Origin: Hemiscyllium ocellatum | Lineage: Eukaryota | DNA length: 64,000 bases | Reading direction: 5' to 3' | Assembly: GCF_020745735.1 (NCBI RefSeq) | Contig: NC_083427.1 | Coordinates: forward strand, 2,077,438-2,141,437 | Translations under genes and position numbers: made by a program | In this document: positions 39,151-51,210 of the stretch, in pieces | Numbering within the stretch: position 1 is the first letter of the stretch | How the letters are laid out: each line of letters opens with the position of its first letter | The notes under the pieces: generated by a model | The model's database searches: none | Seen by the model: only the letters and a program-made list of their open reading frames with translations | Told to the model about the DNA's origin: nothing

Positions 39151-40639
39151 TTTGGAGGAGCGTTGTAAGTCCACATTGAATTGTCTGGAGCTTCCAAACA
39201 TTTCATGATATGACCTAACTGATAGCTTTGATTTCTGGGGCATTGGCAGGAGCAGAAATTTAAGAAGAAAGCTTCTCAAATCGAAAAAGGAATGGGCAGT
39301 ACGTGCGTGATGCACATATGCCATGAATTAAACAATTATGGATTCAGCAGTCCTCCAATTTTCAATGTACATATTTACTTTGACGGAAATAGGCAGGATG
39401 TGCTAGGGATGACAATAAGCTGCAAGTTGCCTTTCATGCTTGGAATAATATCTCACGAATTTTAAGAAACTGCAGTGCAACATTCAGACAGAAATGTGTG
39501 AGTTTCTCCTGATAGTATGAAATGATTCAAGAAGATGTCAGTCCATCACTGGGGTAATTTGGAACTGTAACCAAAACAAGACAAACATTCTCGCTGTTTT
39601 ATAAACGTAGAGCTGAATTATCAACTTTTTTAAAAAGCTTATTAATCGATCTAAAAGAAGTTATTTGACCAATGTGGAACTCGTGATAACGGAGATGCAT
39701 AATCCCTGTTAGGTGATTTTTTTTTGCAAATTCTCAGTTGTTATAAATTGAAAAAGGTTGTTCTGGTCGGTAACTGATGTGAGGGACATTTCTGATTGAT
39801 CTACGGGACCGGGAAGGTAAAGGCAATAAGAGACAAGAAATGAGCTAGTTCCTTCTTTTAGTTCCCTTATGAGACAGAAACATTGGGCCATTTGTGGCAA
39901 CGGGGCGAACCCGACTACATGTTGCGGTGAACACTGCAATTATGGATTGGCTGAACTGCAATTAGTACTTATGTTTAGAAAAGTTAAACATTTAAAACTG
40001 TGTTCATGTATTTGGTGAATTGCAGTTGTTTGGCTTGTTTAATTGTGGTCTCGCACAAAATATATCATGGCGTGTGCATGAAGTAACAATGGTCGTTAAA
40101 TCTGCAACAGAAGTTACATTTATATGAGTGCGTCTCTGTCTCGTGCCGGCTGCAGAGCGTCATAAAGAATGAGTATTTTTGTGGCACTACAGTGAAAGAT
40201 TTATAGAAGATACATTATTTTATTCTTGACAACTAAATCTAAATATTATTTCCTGATGCATTTGTTTATGCATTCTATGTTTAATATACTTCTGGCACCA
40301 CCCTGTATTGCTATTGCATTCAAACTTTCTCCCACTTTGGCATTATTAGGACTTCTGTGTAGCAATAAAAATATCAAAACAATCTGGTCAGCATTGGGTC
40401 ACGAACACCGGGCTGCCATAGATTCGGAGTAGAGGCTGGTTTATCGGCGTTCTGGCGAAAATATGACATTGCTGCTTCGCCATTTTTGTGGAGTAATGTA
40501 ACATTAGGGTTATGTCTGTGCCTTGTAAATTTATGAATTTGTTCTAATATAAGATAGAGAAAAATAAGAGCAGAATTAAGAACTCCCAACTTATTGCATT
40601 CATAATACTGTAAAATACTCTACAAAATGTGTCAACATT

Positions 40640-43050
40640 AAACCATAACACCTTAAGAAGTGGGGGTCTATAAGTTAATTCAGCATACTCGATCTGCTCC
40701 GTCATTCGAACGTGCTTGACATGCCTCTTAACCCCATTCTTCTGCCTTCTCTCCGTAACCCTTGATGCCCTTCCCCATCAAGAACCTCAATCTGTCTTTA
40801 ATACACTCAGTGATTCAGACTCCACAGACTTCTGTGGCAAAGAGTTCCACCATTTTGCTGAATAAATTCCTCTCCAGCTCAATTTTAAAGGATTGCCCCT
40901 TCACTGTGAGGCTGTGCCATCGGGTCGAACTTTGTTCTGTGAGTGACATTGTCTCCTACGCATCCACTTTATGCAGGTCTCTCAGTATTCCATATGGTTC
41001 AGTGACACGCCACCCTTATCCTTCTAAACTGCATTGAACACAAAGGCAGAATCTTCAACTGATCTTCATTATGTAATCCCGGTATCCAGTGGATCATTCT
41101 TGTAAAGCCTCTGTGGATCTCCTCCAATGCCACACACCCTTCATTAGACAGCAATCCAAAACTGATCACAACATACCAAACGTACTCCTAATGGAGCCTT
41201 ATACAGTCTCAGTAGAAATTCACCGTGTTGGTAGTCTAGCTCTCTTGATATAAACTATAAACTTGCATGTGCCTCCACAATAGCCACCTGCATCTGCATG
41301 TTTAATCTGAAGATAATCCTGAAGTTCGACTTCCAACTCCCATCATGCTTCAAGTTTCAGAAGTCCTTCCCCTTTGAGGAAAAATAATCTCGTCTTTATC
41401 CTTCCAACCAAAATTCTTATCCTTATATTTACCCACATGATATTCCATCTGCCACTTATTTGCTAATCTCCAAGACTGTCGAAATCCTTGAGCACAATCC
41501 GCTTCTTCAGCATTACTTGTCCCTCAACCTATCATTGTGTAATCTGCCAACTTGGCAACAATGCCCTCAGTTTTTTCATTCAGATAATTTATGAATAAGG
41601 TGAATAGCTGTGCTCTCAACACTGACCCTACAGAACATTAGTAGTGACTGGTTACCCTCCTGAAAATGATCTCTTTATCCTCTTTTGCCTTTTGGTATTC
41701 AGCGAATTCTCCAGTTATGTCAGTGCAATATGCCAAACACGATGGATCTTATCTTACTTAACAGCTCCCTGTGCTTGCCAAAATCACACTGGAAATCTAA
41801 ATAGATAATGTCCACTAGGTTTCCTTTGTCTTACTTGCTGGTTGTCTTCTCAAATAATTCTAACAGATTTGTGAGGCATGGCTTCCCAATGACGAAGTTA
41901 TGCTGAGCCAACCTTATTTTACCAATCACATTCAATGTTCTGCGATCTCACGTTGAATAATGTACTCTAAAATCTTACGAATGACTGAGGTACGGCTAAA
42001 CAGCCTAAATATACAGTCTCCTGACACACTTAAACAAGGGTTTTACATTAACTATTTTCCAGTCCTCTCGGACGCTACCGAACTTCAATTATTCCTAAGA
42101 AATCACCACAATGCCTTCACGATCTCTTCAGTAATCGTCTTCAGAAATCTGGGATTTCGTCCGTCTGGTTAGGGTGATTTATCCATCTTCAGAACTTTCA
42201 GCTTTCCCAGCACTTTCTCCTGAGTGATGGGCTCTCCACTCACCTCTGCACGTTGACATTCTTGAAATTTCCGTATTTTACTGGAGTCTTCCGATTTGAA
42301 GACTTTTCTAACGTGCACATTTACTTCGTCCACAATTTGTTTGTTCATAATTTCTGCTTCCCTAGTCTCATTTTTCAATCTCCCAATGTCCATTCTTGCA
42401 TCTCCATCACCTTTTTTAAAATGTAAACAAATTTATTTGTAATCTTTTATAATAACGCTAGCTTTTTCTGACAAATCATCTTCTCCCCTCTTTTTTAAAT
42501 CAGTTGACTACTGCTGCTTTTCGAGATTTTCTAATCCTCTCCTTATCCCACTCACCATCACATTGTATTTTTTTTTCTCTGCTCTCTCTGATTTCCCTTG
42601 TCAGCTATAATTGCCTTGTCCTCAGCTTAGTATATTTCTTTCTCCTTGGAACGAAATTCTGCTGTGTCTTCCAAATTGTCCCAGAAACACCTGACGTTGC
42701 TCTCTGGCATTTTACTGCTAACTCTTTCATAGCTTCTTCCTCTCAAACTGCAGACTGAATTCTATCACATTATCTTTATTGCCATTACGTGCTTTTTTTA
42801 TTTGATTTCCCAATCAGGACTGTCCCAATAATTCTCACCAAGTCCAGAATTGCATGTTCCCAGGTGAGCTCTATCACATGCTGAACTAATAAAATCCCGT
42901 GGACATTCAAATAATTCCTTTTTGGGATTCAGTACCAACCTGATTTTCTCAGTCTGCCAGAATATTGAAGTTGCACCATGGCTATTGCAATTGTGCCATT
43001 CTTACATCCCTTTTGTACTTGCTGATTTATTTATTGTCGCACACACTATC
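40640..43050 (-). mobile_element. CR1-type LINE fragment
   Basis: Minus ORF EVSGEPITQEKVLGKLKVLKMDKSP, with RT and 3'-end motifs toward lower coordinates. Confidence 0.75.
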
Positions 43051-43399
43051 ACATTGTTGTTATTATCAGCAAGCCTCAATTTAGTGAGGTGGAATTGAAA
43101 CATAATTAAATGCGAGAGAATTCTGTTCATTTAATTGGTCATGCCTAAGATTTGATTACATAATTGTGCTTCCGTATCTTTCTCAGAATTAAAACTAAAT
43201 GATTCGACAACATTTAACTGAAACGTTCCTCTCCCATATTCGTACCTTACCAGATACACCTTCTGCACCAACAGGTGTAGAACGATCTGGGAGAGGCCAC
43301 GCTGGGAAATCATTTCACTCGATCACCACAGTGGGAAGAAAATAGAATGAATTTCGGCAACAGCGTATCAGTTTTTCCATGTTCTGCTGAAGATAAATC

Positions 43400-45090
43400 A
43401 TTTTCGCATATCCAGGGCAGAATCGGATCCAAAACCAAACTATTCCAGGTTTTAATTTTCCCTCATTGTGAGAGGTGTCGAGCAGGAATATGTTCTTGCA
43501 TTTATACAGGGCCTTGATGAGGCCACACCTAGACACTCTGGGCAGTTTTGGTCATTCTTTTTTCTGAACAAAGATGATCTGGCTCTCGAAACAGCGTGGC
43601 GAAGATTTACCAGAATATTTCTGGAAATGGCGTGAGTGACTTATGAGGAGAGATCGATTAGGTTAGGATTGCTTCCGTTGTAGTTCAGACGAATGATGGG
43701 ATATCTCATGGAGACTTGTGAAATTCTAACAATGACTCGAGAGGTTTGATACAGGAAGTATGTTCCCGATGGTGGGTTCATCCAAACTCAGGGATCACAC
43801 TATGAATACTCGAGGTGGACCATTTAGGACGGAGATGAGGAGATATTTCTTCACCAAAGAGTGGTGAGCCTACAGAATTCATTACGCCAAGAAGTAGGTA
43901 TAGAGTCACAGAAACGTACAGCACAGAAACTGACACTCCTATGCAACACATGCACGCCAATCAGGTATCCGAAATTAATCTATTCCCGTTTGCGAGCACT
44001 TGTCCCATACTCCTCCAATGTATTAGTATTTCTTATACCCATACAGATGCATTAAGTTTTCAGTGTACCAGCTTCCACCAGTTCCTCTGGGAAATCATTG
44101 CATACACGCACCATCCTCTGAATGAAAAAAAAAGTTGCCCCGAGGTCTCTTTTGAATCTTTCCCCTCTCAGCCTATTCCTATGCCCTCTAATTATGGACT
44201 CCCCACCACAGCGAACAGACCTTGTCGAGTTACCCTATCTATGCCCATCTTGAATTGAAAAAAAAACCTCGATTAAGTCACCCCTTATCCATCAACACGA
44301 CAGGAAAAAAAATCTTAGACTATTCAGACTCTCCTCTAGCTCAAACCCTTCAAACCTGGCAACATCTTTGCAAATCCTTCCTGACACATTTCAAGTTTCA
44401 TAGAATCATTCCCAGAGGAGAGACCAGAACTGCACACAATATTCCAAAAAGTGACCTAACAAATATCCTGTACATCTGCAACATGATATCTCAATTGCTA
44501 TACCCAAGATATTTGATGGGAAGCATACAAATGCCTTCTTCATTATTTAACTGTGACACCACTTCCAAGGAACCACGAACCTGCGCTTCAAGGAATCTTT
44601 CTTCACCAACACTCTCCGGGGCCTTGCCATGAAGACCATGAATTCTGCTCTTATTTCCCTTTCTAAAATGCAGCAATCGACATTTATCTAAATTAAACTG
44701 AATCTGCCATCATTTGACCCATTCGCCAATTTGAACAACATCCCGATGTACTCTGAAGTAATTTTCTTTGCCACCCACTACCCCTCCAAAACTGGTGTCA
44801 TCTGCAAACTTCCTAAGCTTGACCACGATGTTTACATCCACTTTTTTCCAATAAATGTCAAAACGTTGTTGCGCATCACTGGGTCCCAGGCCTCCAGCCT
44901 GAAAAGCAATACTCCACACCAACAGAAAACATTGAATATATTCAAGATGGCGCTAGATATAACACATAGGGCAAATGGGATCAAAGCTTATGGGGAGAAA
45001 TCATGATTAAGCTTTTGAATTGATCCTGATTTATGGTTGACCAGGCTCGAAGGGCCGAATTGCTTCTTCCTGTTCTGATTGTGTTTCTGA
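43400..45090. mobile_element. Cluster of CR1-type LINE 3' fragments in mixed orientation
   Basis: Plus-strand RPHLD..GQFW at 43400-43885; minus-strand VKLRKFADDTSFGG at 43890-44850; plus-strand tail at about 44930-45090. Confidence 0.7.
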
Positions 45091-45774
45091 TTCGTGTTTC
45101 CTGCAGTTGCCTTCCAGTATTATTCAATTTTTGAATATTATGTTCATGTAGTCTCGTTCACCCGAAAGTATTATTCAACTTATCCTGCAATAGCAGGTTG
45201 TGAAACGTGGTTGATTTTTAGAATTCAATATAATACATCAGTTTATCTGAATCTGGACAAATGTCCATTTCTTTCCTCAGTGATGAATATCTGTAACAAA
45301 CAGAAATCTGATGCCCAATCCTGGTGAATCCCTCTCAGTTCTTAAACTTTGTCGCAGGCTCCTCAGCAGTATCGACTTGTCAACATTATACTTTCAAACG
45401 AACCTCACACTTTCCAGTTTCGGCGGATGAAAATAAAACTGTGCCAAGTGTCTCACAGGCTATGAAATCTCTTGTATCCGTCTGCCATCTAATAATCCAC
45501 AAAAACTACTGTCCCCAGAGATATAAATCCAAATTTCAAGACTTTGATGTAGAATGGCCAGGAAGCCTCCATAAAAGCAGGGAGTTGCAAACATTCCAAA
45601 TGTAGTTTGTGCGCAATTTGCCCAAATGAATCCTCTTTGCTAAATACGATGGAACTCCTCTGAGCACAGTTGGAACTGGGTGACCTTTCAAAATTATTAT
45701 CTGAAAAGTGTGTAAGGACATTCCTGACAGTATATAAACATTCAATACATACTCTACCAAACTGTTCATTTATA

Positions 45775-45980
45775 CCCTTGAGTTTAGAAGACTGGGAGGG
45801 GATCTGATTGAGACATATAAGATTATTAAAGGATTGGACACTCTGGAGGAAGGAAACATGTTTCCACTGATGGGTGAGTGCCAAACCAGAGGACACAACT
45901 TAAAAATACGGGGTCGACCATTTAGGACAGAGATGAGGAGAAACGTCTTCACCCAGAGAGTGGTGGCTGTGTGGAATGCC
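45775..45980 (+). mobile_element. Short, little-diverged CR1 ORF2 C-terminal fragment
   Basis: GGDLIETYKIIKGLDTLEEGNMFPLMGECQTRGHNLKIRGRPFRTEMRRNVFTQRVVAVWN. Confidence 0.85.
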
Positions 45981-47444
45981 TCATACAGTAAACATCTTCA
46001 ACTCCTGCTCCACTTGTTTATGCTCAAAACAGCATGCGATGATGCTGAAAATGTTGCATTAAAAATGGAGAATTGGAATACACTGGAAATGCTCAGCAAC
46101 GTCAGTAATGACTGAGTAGAGCAGAACAAAGTTCAGACTTCACGCCATGTATTTTAATCGGAACCCTTCTAATGAAACTTCCCGATATGAAACTACAATC
46201 TTGGGAAAAGAGTTTACAGCGTCACAACTTTGTCGATGAGGGTGTGCCTTCAGTCCGTCCGACAAAGAGTTTACATTTACACGTGTATGACGGCTCGTGT
46301 TTTCAGATTCTACAACCTCTCGAAGCATTCTTTCTCAATGGAAAAGCTTTCCATTCATAAATCAAAGGTGTATTATGTGGCTACATAGTTCTTTGAACAA
46401 AGAAAACGTAATTTCACGTATTCCTCATATTGATATTTCCACATGTCACTCAATATTCTAAAGAATCATTGGTGCAATCTTTGAAATCACAGAACGCAAA
46501 TTCTTTGTTGAAGTCGACGGCTGAACTGTGGTATTGTTTTGAGATTTATTAATTGCACCATTTTGTACTGATTTACCAAACACAAACTGAATTTCGTTTG
46601 ACTCTTTGTAGAGTCGTGCCAAGATCAAACGTTATGCTCAAAAAGAAACCTTCCCCAATGGAACATAACACTTTTACCAATTCAAAACATATCGAACCTT
46701 CTTTTGATAAACAACTGACAAAATGTGTTGCTATTGATAGTGACTTCCGTCTGCTTCTTCTAAACAGAATCACACCAATGTATCAATATCTCTTTGATCT
46801 TCTAAATTGCTTGCCATAATTTGTAGTTGATTTAAACATTCGCATTTCAGCCGCACCATCTCGAGGATTACACCCAGATGGTGAGATCAACGTGACCGAA
46901 GTTTTATCTAGAAGCAAATAGTTTGTGAAGCCTCTATCCACTTATAAACAGTCTCAATATCGTCTCTTATTTTGTTGTTTTATTTTTCACGGTTCCAAAA
47001 GCTTCAATCGACTTCATTCACCGGTTTCGAATTTTGCATTCTGAAAAATATGAACTTATTTTCACTGCTATTTAACAGTTAAAGACATTCTGTTTACAAT
47101 AAACATTTCATGCGAGATTTTCAAGGAACTAGAGCCGTCAAATAAATCAGATTGTATGATTCTAGTGAGCATAACATGCATATATATGTTTGCGTGGCTC
47201 CTCGGTTGTCAGAGTTGGCCATGTATGGGTTTCAATGTTAATTATTTAAGTGTGCCCCTTTGTTCACAAGTTCGCTGCCTGAACATGAGAGATGTTCCCA
47301 GGTATGAAATTAAATGGCACCAAGTTAAACACAAGGAAATTAAGCACATGCTGCTATTTTTTCCACTCTGAATTGATGCAATTTTTCCTTTTGTGATGAC
47401 GGTTAGTCTGCACAAGGCTCAGCCCACCACAATGCGTGAGTTAG

Positions 47445-47550
47445 AATCAACGTGATTGGTTTCTTGCTCCACATGATGAAAATAAGCACAGTCTCCAGTG
47501 GTTTATAAGGTCGGTTCTCTGACACACACTGTTGCACTGAACAGGTGGCA
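47445..47550 (+). promoter_or_regulatory. Candidate IgNAR V promoter
   Basis: Within 160 bp upstream of the leader ATG: ATTGG (inverted CCAAT, 47455-47459), CCACATGA (muE3-like E-box, 47469-47476), TTTATAA (TATA-like, 47502-47508) and CAGGTG (E2A-type E-box, 47542-47547). No octamer is seen. These are motif matches only. Confidence 0.4.
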
Positions 47551-47602
47551 TTGAATTCCAGCGTTGACTGTGCATAAGGTTCTATCTGTCGGTGCAGAAA
47601 GA

Positions 47603-47645
47603 ATGAATATTTTCTTGTTTTCGTGCCTTCTAGCTTGGTTACCAA
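47603..47645 (+). CDS. IgNAR: IgNAR leader exon (MNIFLFSCLLAWLP + 1 nt)
   Basis: Matches the characteristic IgNAR leader MNIFL.S.LLAWLP. Donor A|gtaag, then a 125-bp phase-1 intron. Confidence 0.95.
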
Positions 47646-47770
47646 GTAAGTACTGTTTCTTATCGATGTTATTCACAGAATGACCGTGTTTATATTATTG
47701 AAATGTCCTTGTCTGAAAGATTCCTGATTAGAGATAAATGTCCTGTATTAAATTTATTTTTCTCCACCAG

Positions 47771-48045
47771 ATATCGTTACTGCATTGTTTGAGCAAACAC
47801 CGAGGATGGTAACGAAGGAGACAGGCGAATCACTGACCATCAACTGCGTCTTTCAAAGGTCTGACTGTGCATTGGGCAACAAGTTATGGTATCTGACAAA
47901 ATTGGGTGCAACAAAGGAGGAGAGCATATCAATTAGTGGACGATATTCCGAAACAGTGAACAAAGGATCAAAGTCCTTTTCTTTGCGAATTCGTGACCTG
48001 AGAGTTGAAGACAGTGGTGCATATAACTGTATGGCAGATTTTGAA
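47771..48045 (+). CDS. IgNAR: IgNAR V segment (VNAR type II), germline and unrearranged
   Basis: Acceptor ccaccag|. Reads (N)[91 protein letters not shown], with C22, W36, C83, a CDR1 Cys29 and no CDR2. Confidence 0.97.
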
Positions 48046-48083
48046 CACAGTAACAAACCTGATCTTCCACCAAGACAAAAACA
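48046..48083 (+). other. V recombination signal sequence, 22-bp spacer
   Basis: CACAGTA (48046-48052), 22 nt, ACAAAAACA (48075-48083). Confidence 0.92.
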
Positions 48084-48283
48084 CCTTCAGATTTTCCGTG
48101 AAGTAAATTGTCCTTGCTTCATCATATCAACGCTCAACATGGACTTTGTGGCCACTATTTATGATCCGGATTAACAGGAGGCAGGTTCTAAATGATTGTT
48201 AGCAAAATTAAGCAGGGAAGTTCAGAGAAGTTGCACTTGGATATTCAGTACTGTTCTTGAACCTACAGTAACGTGCCAGCATT

Positions 48284-48364
48284 CATTTTTGCACTGGGAT
48301 GTATCACTGTGACAGCTGTGAAGACCACAGCAATCAAGAACTCGATCACTGTAATACAAAAACT
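48284..48364 (+). other. IgNAR: IgNAR D1 segment with 12-RSS and 23-RSS
   Basis: CATTTTTGC-12-CACTGTG | ACAGCTGTGAAGAC (48312-48325) | CACAGCA-23-ACAAAAACT. One frame encodes S-C-E-D. Confidence 0.92.
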
Positions 48365-48552
48365 ACCAGCACACATTATTCCCAGCACCACAAATACTTT
48401 GATTTATTTGTTATCTGGATGGTCAGCTATTCCAGAACTAGGAAGGCTATAACACTTGGCTTTCTGAAACAGATATGAGAAGATGTACATTTGTAGGAAT
48501 CCAATTTTCAGTTTGTGTAACTTCTTGAGGTTGTTGTATGAACGACAATGCA

Positions 48553-48630
48553 ATGTTTTGCACTGCTGTGTGTGACTGTGTCACTGTGCTACCTCAATGA
48601 CGAATCCGTGATTACCATAATACAAAAACG
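48553..48630 (+). other. IgNAR: IgNAR D2 segment with a 12-RSS and a probably defective 22-RSS
   Basis: ATGTTTTGC-12-GACTGTG | TCACTGTGCTAC (48581-48592) | CTCAATG-22-ACAAAAACG. The 3' heptamer lacks the invariant CAC. Confidence 0.8.
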
Positions 48631-48958
48631 TCCTGCCAAATCTGAATGTCCTGCTCATGTAAATTATTTTCTGCATGCTTACGTACCTCATGCTGAAATT
48701 TGTCTTGCAACTTTTATGGCCTGACAACTGCTATTGAAAGATTTTCATACTCTTTTAACTGATTATTACGTGAATTTTCAAATCACATTCACTGCACAAT
48801 ATTGGTAAGTATTCCACATTTGATGAGTGCTTGAGAATTATAGCCTTTGTCTGGGAATACAATATAAAGGGAGTGATTTCCGTCATACTTGCTGCATCAA
48901 TCAATCACTCAATATCCCTGAACAGCTGAAGGATCTTCGGTTATTTTTGCAAGAATGG

Positions 48959-49026
48959 ATTTCTTGTGCTGGTGTGAAACAATGTGTAGCTGGATTTGCA
49001 CAGTGACACAAGACACAGCACAAACC
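48959..49026 (+). other. IgNAR: IgNAR D3 segment with 12-RSS on both sides
   Basis: ATTTCTTGT-12-CAATGTG | TAGCTGGATTTG (48987-48998) | CACAGTG-12-GCACAAACC. Confidence 0.85.
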
Positions 49027-49341
49027 TCTCGGCCAGGTTTTCCCTTTTCTACGTCTCATGGACATGATTTCATAATGGGCTTTTTGCAATGCATGTTGCT
49101 TTATGTAGTTAACATCAAATACAATTTGCCCAGTACTGGAATTCTATGCATGTTGCACATGGATTAGAGCTCAGCATGTCGACGTTTTCAATGTCACCCA
49201 AACTCTCTTTGGAGATAGCGGATGTAGGAGTAAATTTAAACTGTTGACAAATGAAGATTTGTTCATGCAGTGAATATATATGGAATATAGTGGACAGGAT
49301 ATGTTTTGGTTTATTGATTATAGGACTTTTGCTTCACTGAA

Positions 49342-49380
49342 GCTTTTTGAATGGCGTTGAATGGGAGCTGACGGATTGTG
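49342..49380 (+). other. J recombination signal sequence, 23-bp spacer
   Basis: GCTTTTTGA (49342-49350), 23 nt, GATTGTG (49374-49380). Confidence 0.88.
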
Positions 49381-49425
49381 ACGAATACCATGCAGGAGGT
49401 GGCACCTTTCTGACAGTGAAACCTA
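49381..49425 (+). CDS. IgNAR: IgNAR J segment (EYHAGGGTFLTVKP)
   Basis: G-x-G-T-x-L-T-V motif immediately after the 23-RSS, with phase-1 donor A|gtaag. Confidence 0.95.
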
Positions 49426-51210
49426 GTAAGTGACCCTTTTCTACTTATCGCTATGATTTTGCAGACGAGTTAAAAGAATGATTTTTTTTCTGGTTAGAAC
49501 TGCACAGGCTGAACTGCACAATTGAGAATCAGAACATTTTCTCTTCAACAAATCTTTTATGCTGTCATTTATGTGTCTTCCATTTCAAACTCATCTGCAG
49601 ATTTGGTTTGAGCAAATTTATGTTAATATATAAATATAAAGGTGTAATGTAGCTGGGAACTAGCCAATGTTTAAATATATATCTTGCTTGGCATAGAAAA
49701 CATAAGATGTTTATTTGTGTGGATCTTGAATTATAATCTTCAGACAAGAACGTGGCCACGATATGAGGCTGTACTAATACATGCCTGTGTGGCGCAAGTA
49801 TGCAAAACTTCGAATCCAAACAATTTCCATAAGTCTGGATTGAGGAAATCTTTCTGTTGACATTATTGTTTTGATTGTGTTCAAGCTTAATATGTTTCAA
49901 AAGACCAGACTTATCGTATAACATAATTTCGATTACATTAACATTGTCACAAAATCAGCAAATATGCCGTCCATTTTTGAAACTGGAACAATGCTAGCTT
50001 GCTGAACGTGCTAGCTAGATTGCTTGAAAAGAATGGTTGATTGGAGCTGTGCTCCAGTTGCGCAATAAACTGAATAGCTTGTGCACTGCTTTCACCAGCG
50101 CCCCATTTCAGACAACCATAACTGAGTAATTTCGCTGGATTTCAGCATGAAACCAGATCACCTGAAATCTGCTCTCACAGATCCCTATCCATCTGCGGGT
50201 CGAATATTTGAGAACTTTGCAGCCACTATAGGTTTAGTGTAAACTTTCAGTTTGAGTTAAACTGGAAATCATGTATCCCATTTGTTCGATTTTTATTGTT
50301 TGATTGGGAGAGTAGAATAATTTACTCTTTTACTTTCAGATTACACTCATTGCTGTCCGATTCGATACTTTTAATCACATAATCTTATCTAATTAGAATT
50401 TTTTGTCTTGACCTCATGGATCCATAGGAATTAGAATTCATACTAAACAAAGCATGTTCAATGAATTAATTGTGTGCGGATACGTTATTGTTGTAATGCA
50501 GCCACCTTGTTGTGTTTTGGGTAGATAGGTGGCTATGCGTGCAGATGGTCTGAGGGGAATCCCAAAAATGTGGTTAGTAACTGAAAAAGAATTTAGAAAG
50601 TGTCAGAACTCAGGCTTCAATTGACGAAGGGGTAGCAAGTATGTGATTTAAAAAAAACTTGTTCGACTACAACCTGGTGTCATATGACTTCAGACCTTGC
50701 TCGCAGTTCAACAATGTCACCTCCAAATCCAAGAAAACTCTGGATTTTCCGCATTGTCAATCCCACAACGGAAAACATTCACTCCACTAAGCAACTATTT
50801 CTGCTTTTTCGGCATTCGTAGACTAATGTGAAAACACACATACACACAAAAAATGATTTTAGTGCAGTTAGAGGGTGCCAGACCGAAGGCATGTCACTTG
50901 TAATTGAAAAGTAACAATATTGGGACTGGTTTGGTAAATTCCCAGAATATAGATCTATTATAGCCTGTGATTTGCCCCTAAAACACTATAATATGTGTCA
51001 AACACAATTGTTAAAATTTGAACCAAAATCAAATCTGAACGGCATGATCTACACAAATGACTGCTCTGCACCTTCCCATAAGGGATAGTATGCAGTTAAT
51101 TTTGCAGGACAACAGATCAGCTGGGCAGACTAGAAAATGAGGTTAACGTGAAGGATCACCTCAATATAAAACGTAGAACCTTAGAAAATTGAAGTTGCAG
51201 AAAGTCAAAC

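Noticed and set aside
47176-47215. Second leader-like ATG upstream of the IgNAR leader
   Set aside because: Poor match to the leader, with no suitable donor or downstream V.
591-47400. Numerous 60-170-aa ORFs in the six-frame track as host genes
   Set aside because: They are LINE or PLE fragments, antisense frames of these, or random ORFs in AT-rich DNA, with no coherent exon structure.
48582-48588. Perfect CACTGTG inside D2 as an alternative RSS heptamer
   Set aside because: It is 20 nt from the upstream nonamer, and there is no nonamer-like sequence at 12 or 22/23 spacing.
47771-49425. NAR-TCR (TCR-delta-associated) V instead of IgNAR
   Set aside because: The leader, V and J are IgNAR-like, and the next exons downstream are IgNAR C1-C3, not a TCR V-delta or C-delta.
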